A stretch of DNA of 63,098 nucleotides, filler included, from Octopus bimaculoides (taxonomy: Eukaryota), in assembly GCF_001194135.2 (NCBI RefSeq). It is 7 parts of 5 records of this genome, joined end to end, with 100 filler letters (N's around TTAATTAATTAA, not from the genome) between each part and the next. Parts side by side here need not be neighbours in the genome. Positions count along the whole stretch, not along the records: positions 61,743 to 63,098 come from NC_068983.1; 6 more parts are not named here. The stretch is one strand, 5' to 3'. This document shows, piece by piece, positions 61,959 through 63,098 of this stretch (position 1 is its first letter; the number at the start of each line of letters is the position of its first letter). A model generated the notes under the pieces. It searched no databases, was not told the origin of the DNA, and was given only the letters and a program-made list of their open reading frames with translations. The position numbers and the translations under genes are program-made.

Positions 61959-62399
61959 AGTGCTTAGTAGTAGAATATATATATGTGAAGATGTATACAC
62001 ATGCATATATTAAACATATTTATACACATCAACACCTACACATACAACACTTACATGTATATGCACATACGTACACCCATATATACGTGTATCTGTATGT
62101 ATTATAACTTCCTCAGCATTACCTGACACCTTTGGGTCTAATTGACACCATTACCTCTCATAACCTACATATATATATTCAGTTATCTCAAGATTTCTTG
62201 CCAATAGAGAAAGAGCTGGTTTCTAACCTAGATCGAAAGCGTCTTCATTGGAATTTCAACATCAACAACAAGGTATTTGTGCATGTTTATGCGTATATAT
62301 GTGCAGTATTTGGAGTCAGTTCATGTGCAGATGTGCATATTTTGCTTTATATATACATCCTCATGCATATAGTTACATGTGTAGACATGCGCATATATA

Positions 62400-62955
62400 C
62401 TCGAATAATAAAATTCTGTAAGTTTTACAGATTATTACAGTTCTCCTGATGGCTTAAATCTGTAATCTTCCAATTAACATTCTCCTTTCGGTTTTGAGAA
62501 GCCTAATTTCTCAAGATTGATCCGTAGGTAATTTGTTACCTGAAATTGTAATCCGGGTAGAGTAACTGTAAACTTCTCAATAGTCCATCGTAGGTGTTCT
62601 CTTTTATACTAATATTCTGCTTTTTGTTGACATCCGCCAGGCAGTTGATTTTCACTACTGTACACAGTTTCTCGTCTCTATCCCAAATTCTTATGTCAGA
62701 TCTATTGCGTAGATTTTATTGAGGTTTTCACCCTTATTATGGGTGGTTACGGCCTCTACCGTACTATGGGTCCTTATTTCTTCGTCCTCGGGGTTATCCT
62801 TTCTTTGGATCCCATTATAGAGAGTCCTAGTTAAAACATCATGTCTCAGCGGTAGATAATACCGTGATGACATTTTTTGGAAAACTGCTTATGATGTGGG
62901 TGATGTCTTCGGTGTTAACCCCTGAAGACCTGCGTCGGTTACCACAGTTTAGTGT
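62400..62955 (-). mobile_element. 3' end of an RLE-type non-LTR retrotransposon (zinc-knuckle remnant plus restriction-like endonuclease)
   Basis: Reverse complement reads EDITHIISSFPK(frameshift)SSRYYLPLRHD..DL..IWDRDEKLCTVVKINCLADVN..KENTYDGLLRSLQLLYPDYNF..LEKLGFS..LIGRLQI, the 'RHD / PD+..E' RLE pattern, with frameshifts. Confidence 0.8.
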
Positions 62956-63098
62956 ATGTATGTATGCATACATAACTTCTTTATATATATATATGTATGC
63001 ATATATATTTATATGTGTGTGTGTGTGTGTGCGCACACACACATATACATGCATATATGTACATGACGAATTTATATATATACACGGAATATATATAT

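Noticed and set aside
62180-62272. 90-nt open segment LSQDFLPIEKELVSNLDRKRLHWNFNINNK between AG and GT as the next SLC22 exon
   Set aside because: Wrong phase (0 instead of 2) and it lacks the GRK motif.

Overview
Eukaryotic, AT-rich, microsatellite-saturated draft-assembly DNA with many N gaps. The tRNA-derived SINE families look octopod (Octopus-type; my inference). Most six-frame ORFs are microsatellite or N artefacts. Two real genes can be built from splice signals. (1) A minus-strand secreted protein: TATA box at 43501-43508, then exons 43414-43450, 41514-41555, 40698-40931, 40267-40494 and 38764 down to <38001. It encodes a signal peptide, two basic 4-Cys PAN/apple domains and an acidic Thr-rich (TPSTGETT)n mucin tract that runs into a gap. 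All introns are phase 1. (2) The first two recognisable coding exons of a plus-strand SLC22 / organic cation transporter (about 57119-57538 and 58708-58811). The rest is TE debris: a Tx1/L1-type LINE 3' end, several RLE-type (R4/Dong-like) LINE 3' ends next to (TAA)n, Penelope-like GIY-YIG remnants with hammerhead-ribozyme-like motifs, a DD37D (maT) transposon, Tc1/mariner and pogo fragments, a Helentron-like element and many SINEs. Two long near-perfect hairpins (15714-15794, 50017-50094) are pre-miRNA-like. TTAATTAATTAA inside 100-bp gaps is a synthetic assembly spacer. No CRISPR, rRNA or bona fide tRNA gene was seen.
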